Of a DNA stretch of 64,000 nt, positions 28,628 through 40,557 are shown in pieces. Source of the DNA: an uncultured Gemmataceae bacterium (GTDB taxonomy: Bacteria > Planctomycetota > Planctomycetia > Gemmatales > Gemmataceae); contig CAVVPN010000004.1 of the NCBI GenBank assembly GCA_963750165.1, forward strand, positions 1,184,001 to 1,248,000, in the 5' to 3' direction. Made by a program: the position numbers and the translations under genes. The notes below the pieces were generated by a model. That model was given only the letters and a program-made list of their open reading frames with translations. It was not told the origin of the DNA and made no database searches. Position 1 is the stretch's first letter; the number at the start of each line of letters is the position of its first letter.

Positions 28628-31600
28628 TCAGCTGAACTGCACCTGCACGTGCATCAGGTCGCCGGGGGCCACGTCGAACTGGGCCGCGTCGCCGCTGTGG
28701 CTGGCCTCCATGATGAGGTTGCCGCGCGCGTCCACCAGGGCGACGCGCTGCGGGTCGCGCACGCAGCGCAGCTCCGCGGTGCCGCTGAAGGCGGCGCACT
28801 CCAGCAGCCGTGCCGTCAGGGCGTCGCTGGTATCGACGCCCTCCGCGGGCCGCTCCAGACTGCCGGGCCGCAGCGTCGTCAGCAGCAGGTTGGGCGCGTC
28901 CAGGTGGAACAGCCAGCCGGTGGCGCCGATGTGCGGCGGTCCCTTCGTCGTCGGCACCACCACCACCGGCGAGACCACGCCAAGGGCCGTCTGCGCCGGC
29001 TGCTCGCGGTCCAGGCCGATGGTCAGATCGAAGGCAGTGCCGGTCTCGCCCTCCGGTTGCAGGATCACGTCGAGCATGCGGCTCTCGTGCCGCTGGTGGA
29101 ACGGCAGACCGCCGGTGAAAATCGTGGTGCTCTGCCGCGCCAGCCGCAGGTCCAGGTAGTCGGGGGTCTGCGGCCGCACGTGCGTGGTGATGTAGCCGGT
29201 GCCGTTGACGCAGCGCAGTAGCACGGCGCGCTCGTCGCGCCAGGCGAAACGGGCGCCATAGTAAGCATGCCAGGGGTAGCCCGCGGCCGGCTGCTCGGGG
29301 AAGAGTTCGATGCGCAGCTCCAGCACCGGCCGGCCCAGCCACACTCGGAAGCGCTGCCGGAAGCGCGCCAGCACCTGCTCCTGCTCGCCGTGGATGATCC
29401 CCTCGCTGACGACCTCGCCCAGCGCCGGGCCGGCGCTCGTCACCTTGATCTGCGTCGCCTTCATGGTGCCGCCGCCGGCCGGGTTGAACACCAGCCGCTG
29501 CGCCAGGCGGTTCAGGTTCGTGCGGTGGTCCTGGATGCCGCGCAAACCGCCCGAGGCGGCGTCGATCTCCGCCTCCAGATACTCGTTGCGCACGTGACGC
29601 TCGTCCGCCATCTTGATGCGGCTCGGCTGCGGCGGTGTGCCCTTCGGCCCGCTGCGTGGAATCCACGCGAAGCCCAGCGCCGGCACGTCCACCACCAGCC
29701 GCAACTTGTCGCCGTCGATCTGGCAAGCCTTGACCGGGCCGCCGATCGGCAGCGGTTGCTGGGCGCCGTCCAGCTCCAGCGTCACGCGGCGGATGAAACT
29801 GCATTGGTTGAGTAGCAAATAACCCGGCTCGTCGCTGGCGGCGCGCGATTGCAGTCGCGCCGCCAGCGTGGCGGCGATCTGCGTTTCCACCTCCGTCAAC
29901 CGGGCGTTGAGCGGCTCCGGTTCGGTGAGGTTGGGGCCGCCGCGCTCGACCTGGCTTTCGAGGTCGGTCAGGGTCGCTTCGATGCGCTGCGGGTCGCTGC
30001 GGCCGGCGAGACCACGGTGGATGGCGGCCAGCGTCCAGCAGGTATCGAGGCGGCGGCGCAGGCGGGCATGGCGGGCGAAACCGCTCACCGGCTGGTGCGC
30101 GGCGGGGCTCTCCCTTGTTGTGGCCGGGTCTCCCGACCCGGCCACGGCGCCGCTCTCGGTCGGGTTCTTCTGGTGGACGCGCTCGCTCAGGTAATCGTAA
30201 TGGAACTCGTCCGCGGCCAGCGCCGAGGCGTACTCGCCGGGCGGCACCTCGTTAAGGAAGCGCGACATCGTTTCCCACTGGCCGAAGATGGGGCCGAAGC
30301 GAGACAGCGCGAGCCAGTCGTCGTACCACGGTGACGGTTTGTGGCCACTGTGCAACAGGGCGACGACTGCGGTGTGGTCCTCGCGGATGGTCTTGAACAG
30401 CGTGTTGCCGAGGTTGAAGAAAGTTTCGGCGCTGTCGGCCGGCAGCGGCTTGCGGGCGAACGCCTCGATCTGCTTGCCGTCCGGTGATGGCCAGCTGATG
30501 ACGGGAGTCTGGTGCGGCGGCAGGGCCGAGTCGTCGAAGGCCAGGAACAGCGCCCGCGTCAGGCCGGTGCTGTGCAGCAACAGTGGCATCTGCGGGTGCA
30601 GGCCGAAGCGCTTGCGGGCGAAGACGCGCACGTCGGTGCCGAGCAAATCACGCGACACCACCTGACCGCGGAGCAGGTTCCACAGTTGCGACTCCAGCGG
30701 CAACAGCACGTCCTCGCGTTCGAGGTAGCCGCCGCCGCAGACTTCCACCTGCTCCGCCTGCACGCGCTCGCGCAACTCGGCGAAGCGCTCCGGCTGCTCC
30801 GCGGCCAGCCGTTCCAGCAGCGCCCCCGACACCACGATGCTGAGCGGCGAGCCGTGGCGCAAACGCCGCCGGCCAACACTCCGTCCATTTTTTCTCGTCC
30901 AGCAGCATCAGGTCGAGCAGGTGAATCGGCACCGGATACAGCACCTCGCGCGCCGATTGCAACCGCTGCGCCGCCGTCTGCAGGAAGCGCCGCCAGTCTT
31001 GCATCTCCTCCGTGGCGGGGGTCGGGGAGGTGTCGCCGTAGGACGGCTCCGCGTCCGAGCCGGCGCTCGGGTCGTCGTAAGGCGGCGAATCGAACGACGG
31101 CGGCTCCGGCGGTGGCGCTTCGCCTTCCAGGGGGGCTTCGGGGTCGGGCTCGTTGCTGGTGTCGGTGGCCGCGTCCGGCGTGGGCGCATCGAAGGGCAGG
31201 TCCGCCAGCGTGGCAATGGCCTGGCGGACGTGCTGCCAGAAGTCGGCGGCGTCGAGCAGGTTTTCGTGCTCCATCGCCTCGCAGAGCGTGGCGCCGAGCA
31301 GGTGGCCCAGGCCGATGCCGAAGAACGGCGCCACGTCCGCCGCCGGCAGCGCCAGCAGTTTCGCGGTGGCACCGTGTTCGTCGGGCGGCAGCGCTTCCAG
31401 GGCGGCCTTGAGGTTGGCGAGGGTGGCGGCGCGGTCGGGTGTGGCGCGGAAGGCGAGGGCGCCGGCGGCCTGGACACGCTGGTCCCAGTCGTCGGGCATC
31501 ATCAACGGCGGCGACTCCGGCACCGCGAAAATCTGGCCGGCCTGCGGTTGCTCATAGTCGTAGGGGGCCGAGACGACCGGCGGCCCGGCGGCGCCCCACA

Positions 31601-31727
31601 GCAGTGCGGGGTGCCACAGAGCCGAGTAGCCGTTGAGCCAGCAGGCCATGTCTTCCGCGGCCAGCGTCAGCGGATGCTGGCCGGGCAGCGGATACGGGGT
31701 CAAGAGGATCAGTTTGCGCTCGTTCAT
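28628..31727 (-). CDS. Large glycoside hydrolase family 38-like protein (frameshift near 30860)
   Basis: Two long overlapping ORFs; ESQLWNLLRG, FGLHPQMP, ISWPSPDG resemble the GH38 N-domain. Confidence 0.6.
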
Positions 31728-31773
31728 GGTGGCGTCGGCCGGCCGGCAGCCCGAAGCCGCCGCGGCCGCCGCG

Positions 31774-33005
31774 TCACCTGACGCGCTTCAGCTCGTAGAC
31801 GGTCCAGTCGCCGGTCTTCGGAGTGAGTTCCGTCGGTCGTTCCTTCCCTCTGGAGAGGGTAATGGTCAGTTCGTCGTTATTCAAGGAGTAGACGCCGGCG
31901 CGCGCGCCGTCGGGGTTGAGCCAGTCGATGGTTTTGGGCTTGGCCTTCGGGTTCAGCTTGAACGCGCCCTTCGGTGCCGCCTCGGAGCCGCCGCTGTCGA
32001 TGGTCAGTTCGCCGCCCTTGAAAATGAACTTCCGGGCGCTGCCGGCACCGGCACCGACCTGCTGTTGCCGGCTGACGCGCCATTCGCCCTGGAGCGCCGT
32101 GGCGTCGTCCTTCGGGCGCTCTCCAGCGTTTTCAGCCGCAGCCGCAGGGCTTCGACTTCTTTCCTGGCGGCGTCACGTTCCTTCCGGGCGTTGTCCGCGT
32201 CCACCTTGGCCAGAACCACCTCCTCATTGAGTTTGCTGTTTTCCTTGCGGAACTTGTCGAGGTCGGCATTCTTGGTCTGGAGCGCCTGCTTTTCCTGGGT
32301 CAGCTTGGCCTTGACGGCGAGCAGGTTCTTGACTTCCTTCTCCTTGACCTGAACCTGCTTGTCCTTGTTGGCCAGCGCATCTTGCAGTTTCTTTTGCTCC
32401 TCGTCGCGCTTTTTCAAGGTGAGCGCGAGCGCACGGATTTCCGCCGTCAGTCGCTGCTGCTCTTGCAGGGACTGGGCCAACTCCTTTTCCGCCTTGGCCA
32501 GCAGTTTGGTTTTCTCCTCCAGCTTCCTGTCCACGCCCGTGCCGGTCGATTTCAACTTGGCCAGCTCAGACTCGGCGGCCTTGCGCTTCGCTTCGAGGTC
32601 GGCCACCTTCGCGGCGTGGGCTTTCTGCTGCTGTTCCAGTTTCGCCGCCTGCTGCTGGGCGGCTTCCAGGTCCTTGAGCAACGGCTGTAACTTTTCGGCC
32701 GCCTGCTTTGCGTCCGCGGCTTGTGTCACCGCCTCGTCCCTGGCCTGCTGGATTTCGGCTTGCAGTTTCTTGATCGCGGACAGCCCGGCGGTCACCTTCT
32801 GATCCCGGGCGTCGCGTTGCTTCTTGAACTCCGCTTCCGCCTTCTCCTGCTCCTTCTTCAGGGCTTCAATTTCCCTGGCCCGGTCGGCGAGCTTCTGCTC
32901 CTTGTCGCGGTTGCCGTTGAACGCCACGATCAGAGCCACGGCCAGGATAAGCACCATCACGATGGAGCCGCCGCCCAGCAGCCGCATCAGTATTGTGTTG
33001 TTCAT
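31774..33005 (-). CDS. Membrane-anchored coiled-coil protein with C-terminal TIGR03067-like domain (frameshift near 32115)
   Basis: TM helix, long heptad region, then LQGEWRV...FKLNPKAKPKTIDW...GVYSL. Confidence 0.75.
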
Positions 33006-33171
33006 GGGATTCTCGTTCGCGGGTTGGGGGGTGCGTTGCGGGTTGGCCCGTCTCCGGGCGGTTGCTTCGATGTTGGCGAACGCCGCGGCGCCTGTCAAGC
33101 GAACCGGCAAAATTTTCCGCCGGCACCGATTGTGCCGGACGCTTTTATGACGACAGTGCCGGCCGGAGCGT

Positions 33172-35592
33172 TTGCGGCAGAAACCGCGTGTGCGGTTGCT
33201 ACAATATCCGCACGTCCTTTTGTTGGCTCAGGAGAGCGTCCGTGGCGAAGAAGAAGAAGCCCCTGCTGCACGTTTCGTTGCCGGAGTTGCGCGCCGCGTG
33301 GAGCGCGCCGGCCGCGAGGGCCGCTACCACCAGGCGCTGGAGCTGGCCAATTCCCTGTACCGTCGCGAGCCCACCGAGCAAAACCGCGAGCTGCTCAAGA
33401 CCATGACGCTCGGCCGCGCTCGCCAGCTGCGCACCGAGGGCAAGACGCGCGACGCTTATCAGATGTTGCAGAACGCCTTCTCGCACGACACCGCCCCCGC
33501 CTGGCTGGAACAGCTCGCCCAGGAGATGGCGCTGTGCGGCCACCCCGGCGAGGCGCTCAAACTGCTGGAGCGTGTGCCCAACTCGACAATCCGACTGGGC
33601 CTCTATGGCCACAGTGCCGACACGGCACTCGCCCAGGGGCCGGCCGGTCGCGCCACGCTGCCGGCGGAGTTGCAGCCGCAGTTCGACCTGGTCATCCAGG
33701 CGTTCGCCCGGCTGGAGACGGGCCAGGACGAGGAAGCGAAAACGCTGCTGCAAGGCATTGGGCTGCAGTCGCCGTTTCTGGAGTGGAAGGTGTTTGCCCG
33801 CGGCCTGTCGGCGTTCTACCAGGGCGACGACACGCGGGCCATCGAGAACTGGCAACGGCTCAATGCCGACCGGCTGCCGGCGCGCGTGGCGGCGCCGCTG
33901 CGCTTCCGTATTGACGCCGACTACCGCGTCGCCCAGTCACCGGCCACGCAGACGGTGTTGCAGCAGCAGAGCGACCGGTTGCAGGGTTCGACGCTGATCC
34001 AGGCGCTGCGCGGCGTGCAGAAGGCCGTGGCCAACGAGCGGCAGCTGAGCGACGCCTTCCGCCAGGCGGAAAAACTGCTGCCCAACCTGCAGCGCGAGGC
34101 GCCGCCGATGGTAACGCGGCTGGCGCGGGCGTTTTACTGGGCGATCATCAGCCACGGCCAGCCGGAGGACCTGCGCCGCTACCAGCGCATCTTCGGCCCG
34201 CCGGCGGACGACCCGAAACTGGCGCGGCTGGAGGCTCTGGCGCTGGAGCGGCGCGACCAGCCGGCCGACGCCCATCAAAGCTGGCAGGTGTACGAGCAGT
34301 CGGTGGCCGCCGACCGCCACACCTGGCCCGGCGATCAGGCCGACCGCGTCCGTGCCCTGGTCTGGCTGCACATGGGCCACAACGCCGCCGACGCGGCCGA
34401 GCTGCCCGAGCTGGACGAGTTGCCGCCGTTCTTCCGCAACCGGCCCGGCAAACCGCGGCCGCTCAAGCCGAGCGCCGAGGAGTGCTTCGAGAAGAGCATC
34501 GCGCTGGCCCCCGATCAGCTGGAGCCGTACATCGCGCTGGTGGCGTATTTCCTCGACGAGAACAAGGACGGCAAGGCAGAGAAGGCGGCGCGGCGGCTGC
34601 TGGCACACTTCCCGGACCATGTGCCGACGCTGGAACAGCTCGGCGAATTGCGCATGAAGAAGCGCGACTACGGCGAGGCACTGGAGTTGTACCAGCGAGC
34701 GCTGAAGGGCAACCCGCTGGAGCGGCGGCTGCGCAGCAAGGTGGCGAACGCCCACGCTTACCACGCCCGGGTGCTGGCCGAGGCGGGCCGCTTCGACGAG
34801 GCGCGGCAGGAGTACCAGGCGACGCTGAGCTTCGACGACGTGGGCGGCGGCGCGTCGATTCTGTGCAAGTGGTCGGCGTGCGAGTTCAAGGCTGGCGACG
34901 CGGCGCGGGCGGAGGAGCTGCTGGCCCAGGCGTACGTGCGGCAGGGTCATCGGCTGCCGGTCGCGTTTCACATGCTCATCGAGACGATCCGCTTCAAACT
35001 GGGCCGGACGCTGAAAAGCCGTTTCGACAAGGAATTCAAGGAGCAACTGAAGGAACCACCGGACGCGAAGGCGGCAGCGGCCATCGCCGAGACGGTCGCC
35101 GCCCTCCGGGCCGCGGGCGTCGAGTACACCGGTCAGAAGACGCACGAGAAGCAGGTGACCGCCTACCTCGACCGCGCCAGCGAGGCGACGTTCAGCGAGC
35201 AGCAGTTGACGGACATTTGCGAGGCGCTGCGGCGCGTGAAGTCGGTGCGGCTGTTCACGCGCTTCGTGCATCGCGGCCAGGCGCTGTTCCCGAACAGCCC
35301 GACGTTCTACCTGGCGGAGGCGGAATTCCTGGTTGAACAGGGCAAGCGTCGCTGTCCGATCTACGAGGCGCGGCAACTGCTGGAGCGGGCGCGAACGCTG
35401 GCGACGGCGCTGCCGCCGGACGACCGTCAGCGGCGCATGCTGGAGCGCATCGCCGACCTGCTGGACCAGGTGCGGGCCTTCAATCCGTTCGCGGCGCTCA
35501 TGGACGAGGTGCCCGGCCGGTTCTTCGAGAGCTTCTTCGGCGGCGGGCCTGAGTTCGACGACGACGACGATTACGAAGACGATTGGGAGTGA
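33172..35592 (+). CDS. Large TPR protein (start uncertain, possibly GTG 33242)
   Basis: Helical repeats (ALELYQRALKGNP, CFEKSIALAPD); acidic tail. Confidence 0.85.
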   Translation: MRQKPRVRLLQYPHVLLLAQESVRGEEEEAPAARFVAGVARRVERAGREGRYHQALELANSLYRREPTEQNRELLKTMTLGRARQLRTEGKTRDAYQMLQNAFSHDTAPAWLEQLAQEMALCGHPGEALKLLERVPNSTIRLGLYGHSADTALAQGPAGRATLPAELQPQFDLVIQAFARLETGQDEEAKTLLQGIGLQSPFLEWKVFARGLSAFYQGDDTRAIENWQRLNADRLPARVAAPLRFRIDADYRVAQSPATQTVLQQQSDRLQGSTLIQALRGVQKAVANERQLSDAFRQAEKLLPNLQREAPPMVTRLARAFYWAIISHGQPEDLRRYQRIFGPPADDPKLARLEALALERRDQPADAHQSWQVYEQSVAADRHTWPGDQADRVRALVWLHMGHNAADAAELPELDELPPFFRNRPGKPRPLKPSAEECFEKSIALAPDQLEPYIALVAYFLDENKDGKAEKAARRLLAHFPDHVPTLEQLGELRMKKRDYGEALELYQRALKGNPLERRLRSKVANAHAYHARVLAEAGRFDEARQEYQATLSFDDVGGGASILCKWSACEFKAGDAARAEELLAQAYVRQGHRLPVAFHMLIETIRFKLGRTLKSRFDKEFKEQLKEPPDAKAAAAIAETVAALRAAGVEYTGQKTHEKQVTAYLDRASEATFSEQQLTDICEALRRVKSVRLFTRFVHRGQALFPNSPTFYLAEAEFLVEQGKRRCPIYEARQLLERARTLATALPPDDRQRRMLERIADLLDQVRAFNPFAALMDEVPGRFFESFFGGGPEFDDDDDYEDDWE

Positions 35593-35598
35593 GGAACG

Positions 35599-35892
35599 AT
35601 GTCCGACCCGTATCAAGTGCTGGGCCTGCCGGCGGACAGCGATGACGACGCCATCCGCCGGCGGTATCTGGAGTTGGTCAAGCAGTTCTCGCCGGAGAAA
35701 CACCCGGAGAAATTCGCCCAGGTGCGGCAGGCGTACGAGAGCCTGCGCGACCTGACGACGCGGCTGCGGCACCGGCTGTTTGAGGCCGGGAAGAACGAGA
35801 GTGTAGACGTGATCATTGAGGAGCTGTCATGTCGGAACTTGCGCCGCCGCCTGTCCCTGCAGACGCTGCTGACGGCCGTCAAGGCCCCCTGA
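35599..35892 (+). CDS. Small J-domain protein (SPE in place of HPD)
   Basis: DPYQVLGL...IRRRYLELVKQFSPEKHPEKF..V..AYE.L. Confidence 0.85.
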   Translation: MSDPYQVLGLPADSDDDAIRRRYLELVKQFSPEKHPEKFAQVRQAYESLRDLTTRLRHRLFEAGKNESVDVIIEELSCRNLRRRLSLQTLLTAVKAP

Positions 35893-36827
35893 GTCCCTCC
35901 GAGATCGATGCGCTGCTGAACGACTTCCGCGCCTGGCTCACGCAGCACGGGGAAGCCGTGGTGGGGCCGGCGCCGGCGGAGGTGGTGGACCTGGCGACGC
36001 TGGTGGGCCAGTTCGTGGCGCTGCGGCACGAGGTCAACCTGCAAACGAAGGCGACGCGCGCCCAGCAGCAGCAGAACGCCGACACGTTGCAGCAGCTCGG
36101 CCAGGCCCTGGACGTGCTGGCGGCACGCGGGGCCGCCGTCGAGGAGGCGGAGCAAATCGGCCAGGACGAGCAGTTGAAACCGCTGCTACGCACGCTGGTC
36201 GATCTGTGGGACGCGCTGGCGCTGGCCCAGCGTGAGACGCAACGGCTGCAGGACGGTCTGCAACCGCTGCCGGAACCCGAGTCCGTGGCGGAGCCGGAAG
36301 CGGAGCCGATCGCGCCGCCGACGCTGGAGTCGGCCCCGCTGCCGAGGCCGAAGCCGCGTCCGTTCCTGGCGCGGCTGTTCGGCGGCGCCGGCGACCCGGA
36401 GGACGAGGCGGCGGCGCTCGCCGCGCACCAGGATTTGCAGGAAAAAGCCCGCAAGTTGCTCGCGGAGCAGCACGCGCGGCTGGCGAAGCAGCAACAGCAG
36501 CTGGCAGAGCAGCACGCCCGGCTGGCGGCGCTGACCGGGCAGCAGCGGGACGCGCGGCAGAACGAAGCGCGGCTGCGGCAGATGCTCGCGTCAGTGCTGA
36601 CGGGCTATACAATGAGTTTGCAGCGGCTGGAACGCGCTTTGCAACAGCACGGCCTGGAGCCTATCGCGTGCGTCGGTCAGCCGTTCGACCCCGAGACGAT
36701 GGAAGTGGTGGACGTGGTGGCGCAGCCGGGCCGTAATGGCACCGAGGTGCTGGAAGAGGTGCGGCGCGGCTACCGGCGGCGCGGCCGCGTCTTCCGCTAC
36801 GCCCAGGTGCGCGTGGCGCGGCCGTGA
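35829..36827 (+). CDS. grpE: GrpE-like nucleotide exchange factor
   Basis: GQPFDPETME...EEVRRGY...RYAQVRV. Confidence 0.85.
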   Translation: MSELAPPPVPADAADGRQGPLSPSEIDALLNDFRAWLTQHGEAVVGPAPAEVVDLATLVGQFVALRHEVNLQTKATRAQQQQNADTLQQLGQALDVLAARGAAVEEAEQIGQDEQLKPLLRTLVDLWDALALAQRETQRLQDGLQPLPEPESVAEPEAEPIAPPTLESAPLPRPKPRPFLARLFGGAGDPEDEAAALAAHQDLQEKARKLLAEQHARLAKQQQQLAEQHARLAALTGQQRDARQNEARLRQMLASVLTGYTMSLQRLERALQQHGLEPIACVGQPFDPETMEVVDVVAQPGRNGTEVLEEVRRGYRRRGRVFRYAQVRVARP

Positions 36828-36834
36828 TGTATTT

Positions 36835-36941
36835 CTCCCCTCTCCCCTCTCAGGGGGAGAGGGGTCGGGGGTGAGGGGGTCAGACGCTTGGCCCTGGAAA
36901 ACCACCCCCTCACCCCCGACCCCTGAGAGGGGAGAGGGGAG
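36835..36941. repeat. CCCCTCACCCC/GGGGAGAGGGG REP doublet
   Basis: Inverted arrangement in the grpE-hsp70 spacer. Confidence 0.7.
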
Positions 36942-36959
36942 TAAGAACAGGAGACCCCA

Positions 36960-38798
36960 ATGGCAGACCTCATCGTCGGCATTGACCTGGGCACCACCAA
37001 CAGCGAGGTGGCCCTGGTGCGTGATGGCCAGCCGCACGTCTTCGCCGAGGACGGCGATCCCATCCTGCCGTCGTTCGTCGGCCTGTCCGAGGACGGCCGG
37101 CTGCTGGTCGGCAAGGCGGCACGCAACCAGTGGGTGCTCGCCCCCGAGCGCACCATCAAGTCCATCAAGCGCAAGATGGGCCAGGACGTGAAGGTCAAAC
37201 TCGGCGACCAGGAGTATCGGCCGCAGGAAATCTCCGCCATGATCCTGCGGGCCCTGCGCGACCGTGCCTCCCAGGAGCTGAACCAGCCGGTGACGAAGGC
37301 GGTCATCACGGTGCCGGCGTACTTCAACGACGCCCAGCGCCAGGCGACGCGCGAGGCGGGCGAACTGGCCGGCCTGGAAGTGGTGCGCATCCTCAATGAG
37401 CCGACGGCCGCGTCGCTGACCTACGACCCCAACCAGCGCGACCTGCGGCGCATGCTCGTCTACGACCTGGGCGGCGGCACCTTCGACGTGTCCATCGTGC
37501 AGTCGCAGGAGGGCGTCATTGAAGTGCTGTCCAGCCACGGCGACACGCAACTCGGCGGCGACGACTTCGACGAGCTGTTGCTGAACCACGTCTGTACGCT
37601 GTTCCAGGAGGAGCACGGCATCGACCTGCGCCAGAACGTGATCGCGAAGGCGCGGCTGCTCAAGGCGGTCGAGGAGGCGAAGAAGCAGCTATCCTTCCAC
37701 CCACTGACGCGCATCGAGGAGGAGTTCATCGCCGAGAAGGACGGCCAGGCGCTGCACCTGAACGTGGAGGTGTCGCGTGAGGAGTACGAGGCGATGATCC
37801 GGCCGCTGCTCGACCGCACGATGGAGTGCGTGCAGCGGGCGCTGGACGACGCCCGGCTGACCGGCCGCGATGTGAACAAGGTGGTGCTGGTCGGCGGCGT
37901 CACGCGGACGCCGCTGATCTCGCAACTGCTGGAGGAGCGCCTCGGCCAGACCGCCCACCAGGAGGTGAACCCGGACCTGTGCGTGGCGATGGGCGCCGCC
38001 ATCCAGGCGGGTCTGATCGCCGGCGTCGAGGTCGGCGCCGTGCTGGTGGACATCACGCCGCACACGCTCGGCATCAAGTGCCTGGACGTGGTCGGCGGCT
38101 TCGACTTCCCGTTCCGCTTCGCGCCGATCCTGCACCGCAACACGCCGCTGCCGGCCAACCGCAGCGAGATGTTCCGCACCGTCCACGACAATCAGACGGA
38201 AGTCGAGATCGACGTGTACCAGGGTGAGAGCGACGACGTGCGGCAGAACTTCCGCGTCGGCAAGTTCATGGTGCAGGGCCTGGCGCGAGTGCCGGCCGGC
38301 AATCAGATCGTCGTGCAGCTGGACCTGAACCTGGACGGCATCTTGAAAGTGTCGGCGCGCGAGCGGGCGACGGGACTGCACAAGCAGGTTACCATCGAGA
38401 ACGCCATGGCGCGCTTCCAGCGCGACGAGCGTTCGGTGGCGCGCGAGCGGCTCGACCAGTTGTGGGAGGCCGCCCAGGGCAACGGCGATGAGGACGAGGA
38501 GGGTTTTTACGAGAACTTCGAGGACGAGGGCGACGAGGTTGAGGCGGAGCTGCCGAGCATGCCGGAGGCGCCGGAGCTGGTGTCCGGGCCGCGCGAGGGC
38601 CAGCGCGAGACGGTGCAGGCGCGGGCGCTGCTGGAAAAGGCGGAGCGGCTGCTGTCGGGCGTCTCGCCGGAGGACCGCGTGGAGGTCGAGCGGCTGATGA
38701 CCCGGGTGCGCACCGCGATGACCGACCGGCAATGGGATAAGCTGACCACGGCCAACAACGAACTGAGCGACATCCTCTTTTACCTGGAGGACGTGTGA
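36960..38798 (+). CDS. Hsp70/DnaK-family protein (paralogue)
   Basis: GIDLGTTNS, TVPAYFND, DLGGGTFD. Confidence 0.95.
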   Translation: MADLIVGIDLGTTNSEVALVRDGQPHVFAEDGDPILPSFVGLSEDGRLLVGKAARNQWVLAPERTIKSIKRKMGQDVKVKLGDQEYRPQEISAMILRALRDRASQELNQPVTKAVITVPAYFNDAQRQATREAGELAGLEVVRILNEPTAASLTYDPNQRDLRRMLVYDLGGGTFDVSIVQSQEGVIEVLSSHGDTQLGGDDFDELLLNHVCTLFQEEHGIDLRQNVIAKARLLKAVEEAKKQLSFHPLTRIEEEFIAEKDGQALHLNVEVSREEYEAMIRPLLDRTMECVQRALDDARLTGRDVNKVVLVGGVTRTPLISQLLEERLGQTAHQEVNPDLCVAMGAAIQAGLIAGVEVGAVLVDITPHTLGIKCLDVVGGFDFPFRFAPILHRNTPLPANRSEMFRTVHDNQTEVEIDVYQGESDDVRQNFRVGKFMVQGLARVPAGNQIVVQLDLNLDGILKVSARERATGLHKQVTIENAMARFQRDERSVARERLDQLWEAAQGNGDEDEEGFYENFEDEGDEVEAELPSMPEAPELVSGPREGQRETVQARALLEKAERLLSGVSPEDRVEVERLMTRVRTAMTDRQWDKLTTANNELSDILFYLEDV

Positions 38799-39082
38799 GC
38801 GTGCGCTGCCCCGCCTGTGGTGCCGAGAACACGCAAGGGCCGCAGTGCCGCCGCTGCCGGGCGGACCTGGCGCTGCTGTTCGCGCTGGAGGATCAACGAC
38901 AGCGAACGCTGGCGTCGTCGCGGCGGCACCTGATGCACGGCGACGCCACGGCGGCGCTGGGCCTCGCCGAGGACGCCCACCGGATGCGGCGCGACGCGGA
39001 GTCGTGGCAGGTGCTGGCGCTGGCGCACCTGTTGCGCCGCGACTTCGCCGCGGCGCTGCGCTGTGCGCGGGCCGGGGCGTGA
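38795..39082 (+). CDS. Zinc-ribbon + TPR-like protein
   Basis: CPAC...CRRC; overlaps the hsp70 stop. Confidence 0.75.
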   Translation: MSVRCPACGAENTQGPQCRRCRADLALLFALEDQRQRTLASSRRHLMHGDATAALGLAEDAHRMRRDAESWQVLALAHLLRRDFAAALRCARAGA

Positions 39083-39206
39083 GCGGGTGTCTTGTCCGAG
39101 CCCGAGCGCCAGCGCGGGGCACAGCTGGTCCCTCGCTGGCGCTCGGGCTCGGACAAGGCGAGCAGGATCATTTGAGAAAGGGTGTGGTGCGGAGAGGGGA
39201 CGACGC

Positions 39207-40480
39207 ATGGCGCAACGACCAGAGCCCGCGGACACCGTGCTCATCGTGGACGACGAGGAGCCGGTGCGGCGCACCTTCCGTGAGTGGCTGGAACGCGCCA
39301 ACCTCGGCGTCCGCATTCTGGCCGCGGCCGACGCCGAGGGGGCGCTGCGGTTGGCCAACGAGCAGCCCATCGACCTGGCCATCCTCGACTGGGCGCCGGC
39401 GCCGGCGAGGACGGCCTGACCCTGCTGCGCGACCTGCGCGAATATCAGCCCGACGTGGTCGCCATCATGATTACCGGCTACGCCAACAAGGCGACGCCGC
39501 TCGACGCCATGCGCATGGGCGTCCGCGATTACCTCGACAAGAACCAGGACCTCAGCGAGAAAACCTTCCTGGCGGCGGTGCGCAAGCAACTTGACCAGAT
39601 CCGGCCCGCCAAGCGCGAGCGGCAATTGAACCAGAGCCTGCGAGCGTTCCGTGAGTCGGTCGAAAAGATCCTGCCGCTGGTGCAGTCCACGGCGGCGCTC
39701 AACGACCCGGTGCCATTGCCGGACGCCGTGCGCGGCCTGTTCCGCTTCCTGCTGGAGGCGACGCACGCCCAGGGCGGCGTGCTGCTCGCGCGCCACTACG
39801 ACACCAGCAGCCAGCCCAGCGAACGGCTGCGTGCCTACGACGTGCAGGGCGATGCGCTGGACGCGCCGCTGGTGCCGTTCGCGCGGTCGCTGGCGGCCAC
39901 GGTGGTCAGCCGGCAGGAGCCGTGTGTCCTGGAGCATCTGGAGCAGACCGCGGCGGCCGGCAACGTACAGTTGCAACCGTTCGAGCGCAATCGGCGGTCG
40001 CTGCTGGCGGTGCCGCTGACGGTGGCGCCCGGCGTCCATGTCGTGCTGGAACTGTTCGACAAGCGTGGGCCGGGCGGCGCGGCGGTGGCGTTCACCGACG
40101 CGGATCAACGGCTGCTGCGGGCGGCGGCGGGCTTCGGCACGGAATTGCTACGGCAAGTGCTGGCCAACCGGCAGACGAATCAGGTGTTGCTGGACGCGGT
40201 GGCGGCGGCGCTGCGGGCCAGCGACGGCGTGACCGCCAGCCTCGGCGGTGACGTGGCCCAGCGGTTGCAGGAACCGCCGCCGGACGCCGTGCTCGACCAG
40301 CTGCGCCAGGGCCTTCGCGCTGCGCCGGGTGGCGCCGTGGACGCCGACGAAAGTTTGCGGTTGGCCGAGGCGATCCGCGTGCTGGCGCTGCGGCACGGCA
40401 GCCCGGCGCTGCGGCACTGCACGCGCCTGGTGGAGCAACTGCGCGAACTGCTCGACGCGGTCAGTGGTGTGGCGATGTAA
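39207..40480 (+). CDS. Response regulator with GAF-like domain (frameshift near 39400)
   Basis: VLIVDDE, LAILD, IMITGY, DYLDK. Confidence 0.85.
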
Positions 40481-40557
40481 AGGTTTGACGACCGAGATCG
40501 GCAACGGGGGCCTGGGTGGCATGGCACTCCGCCCCCCGCTCACCGATCTTGGTAGTC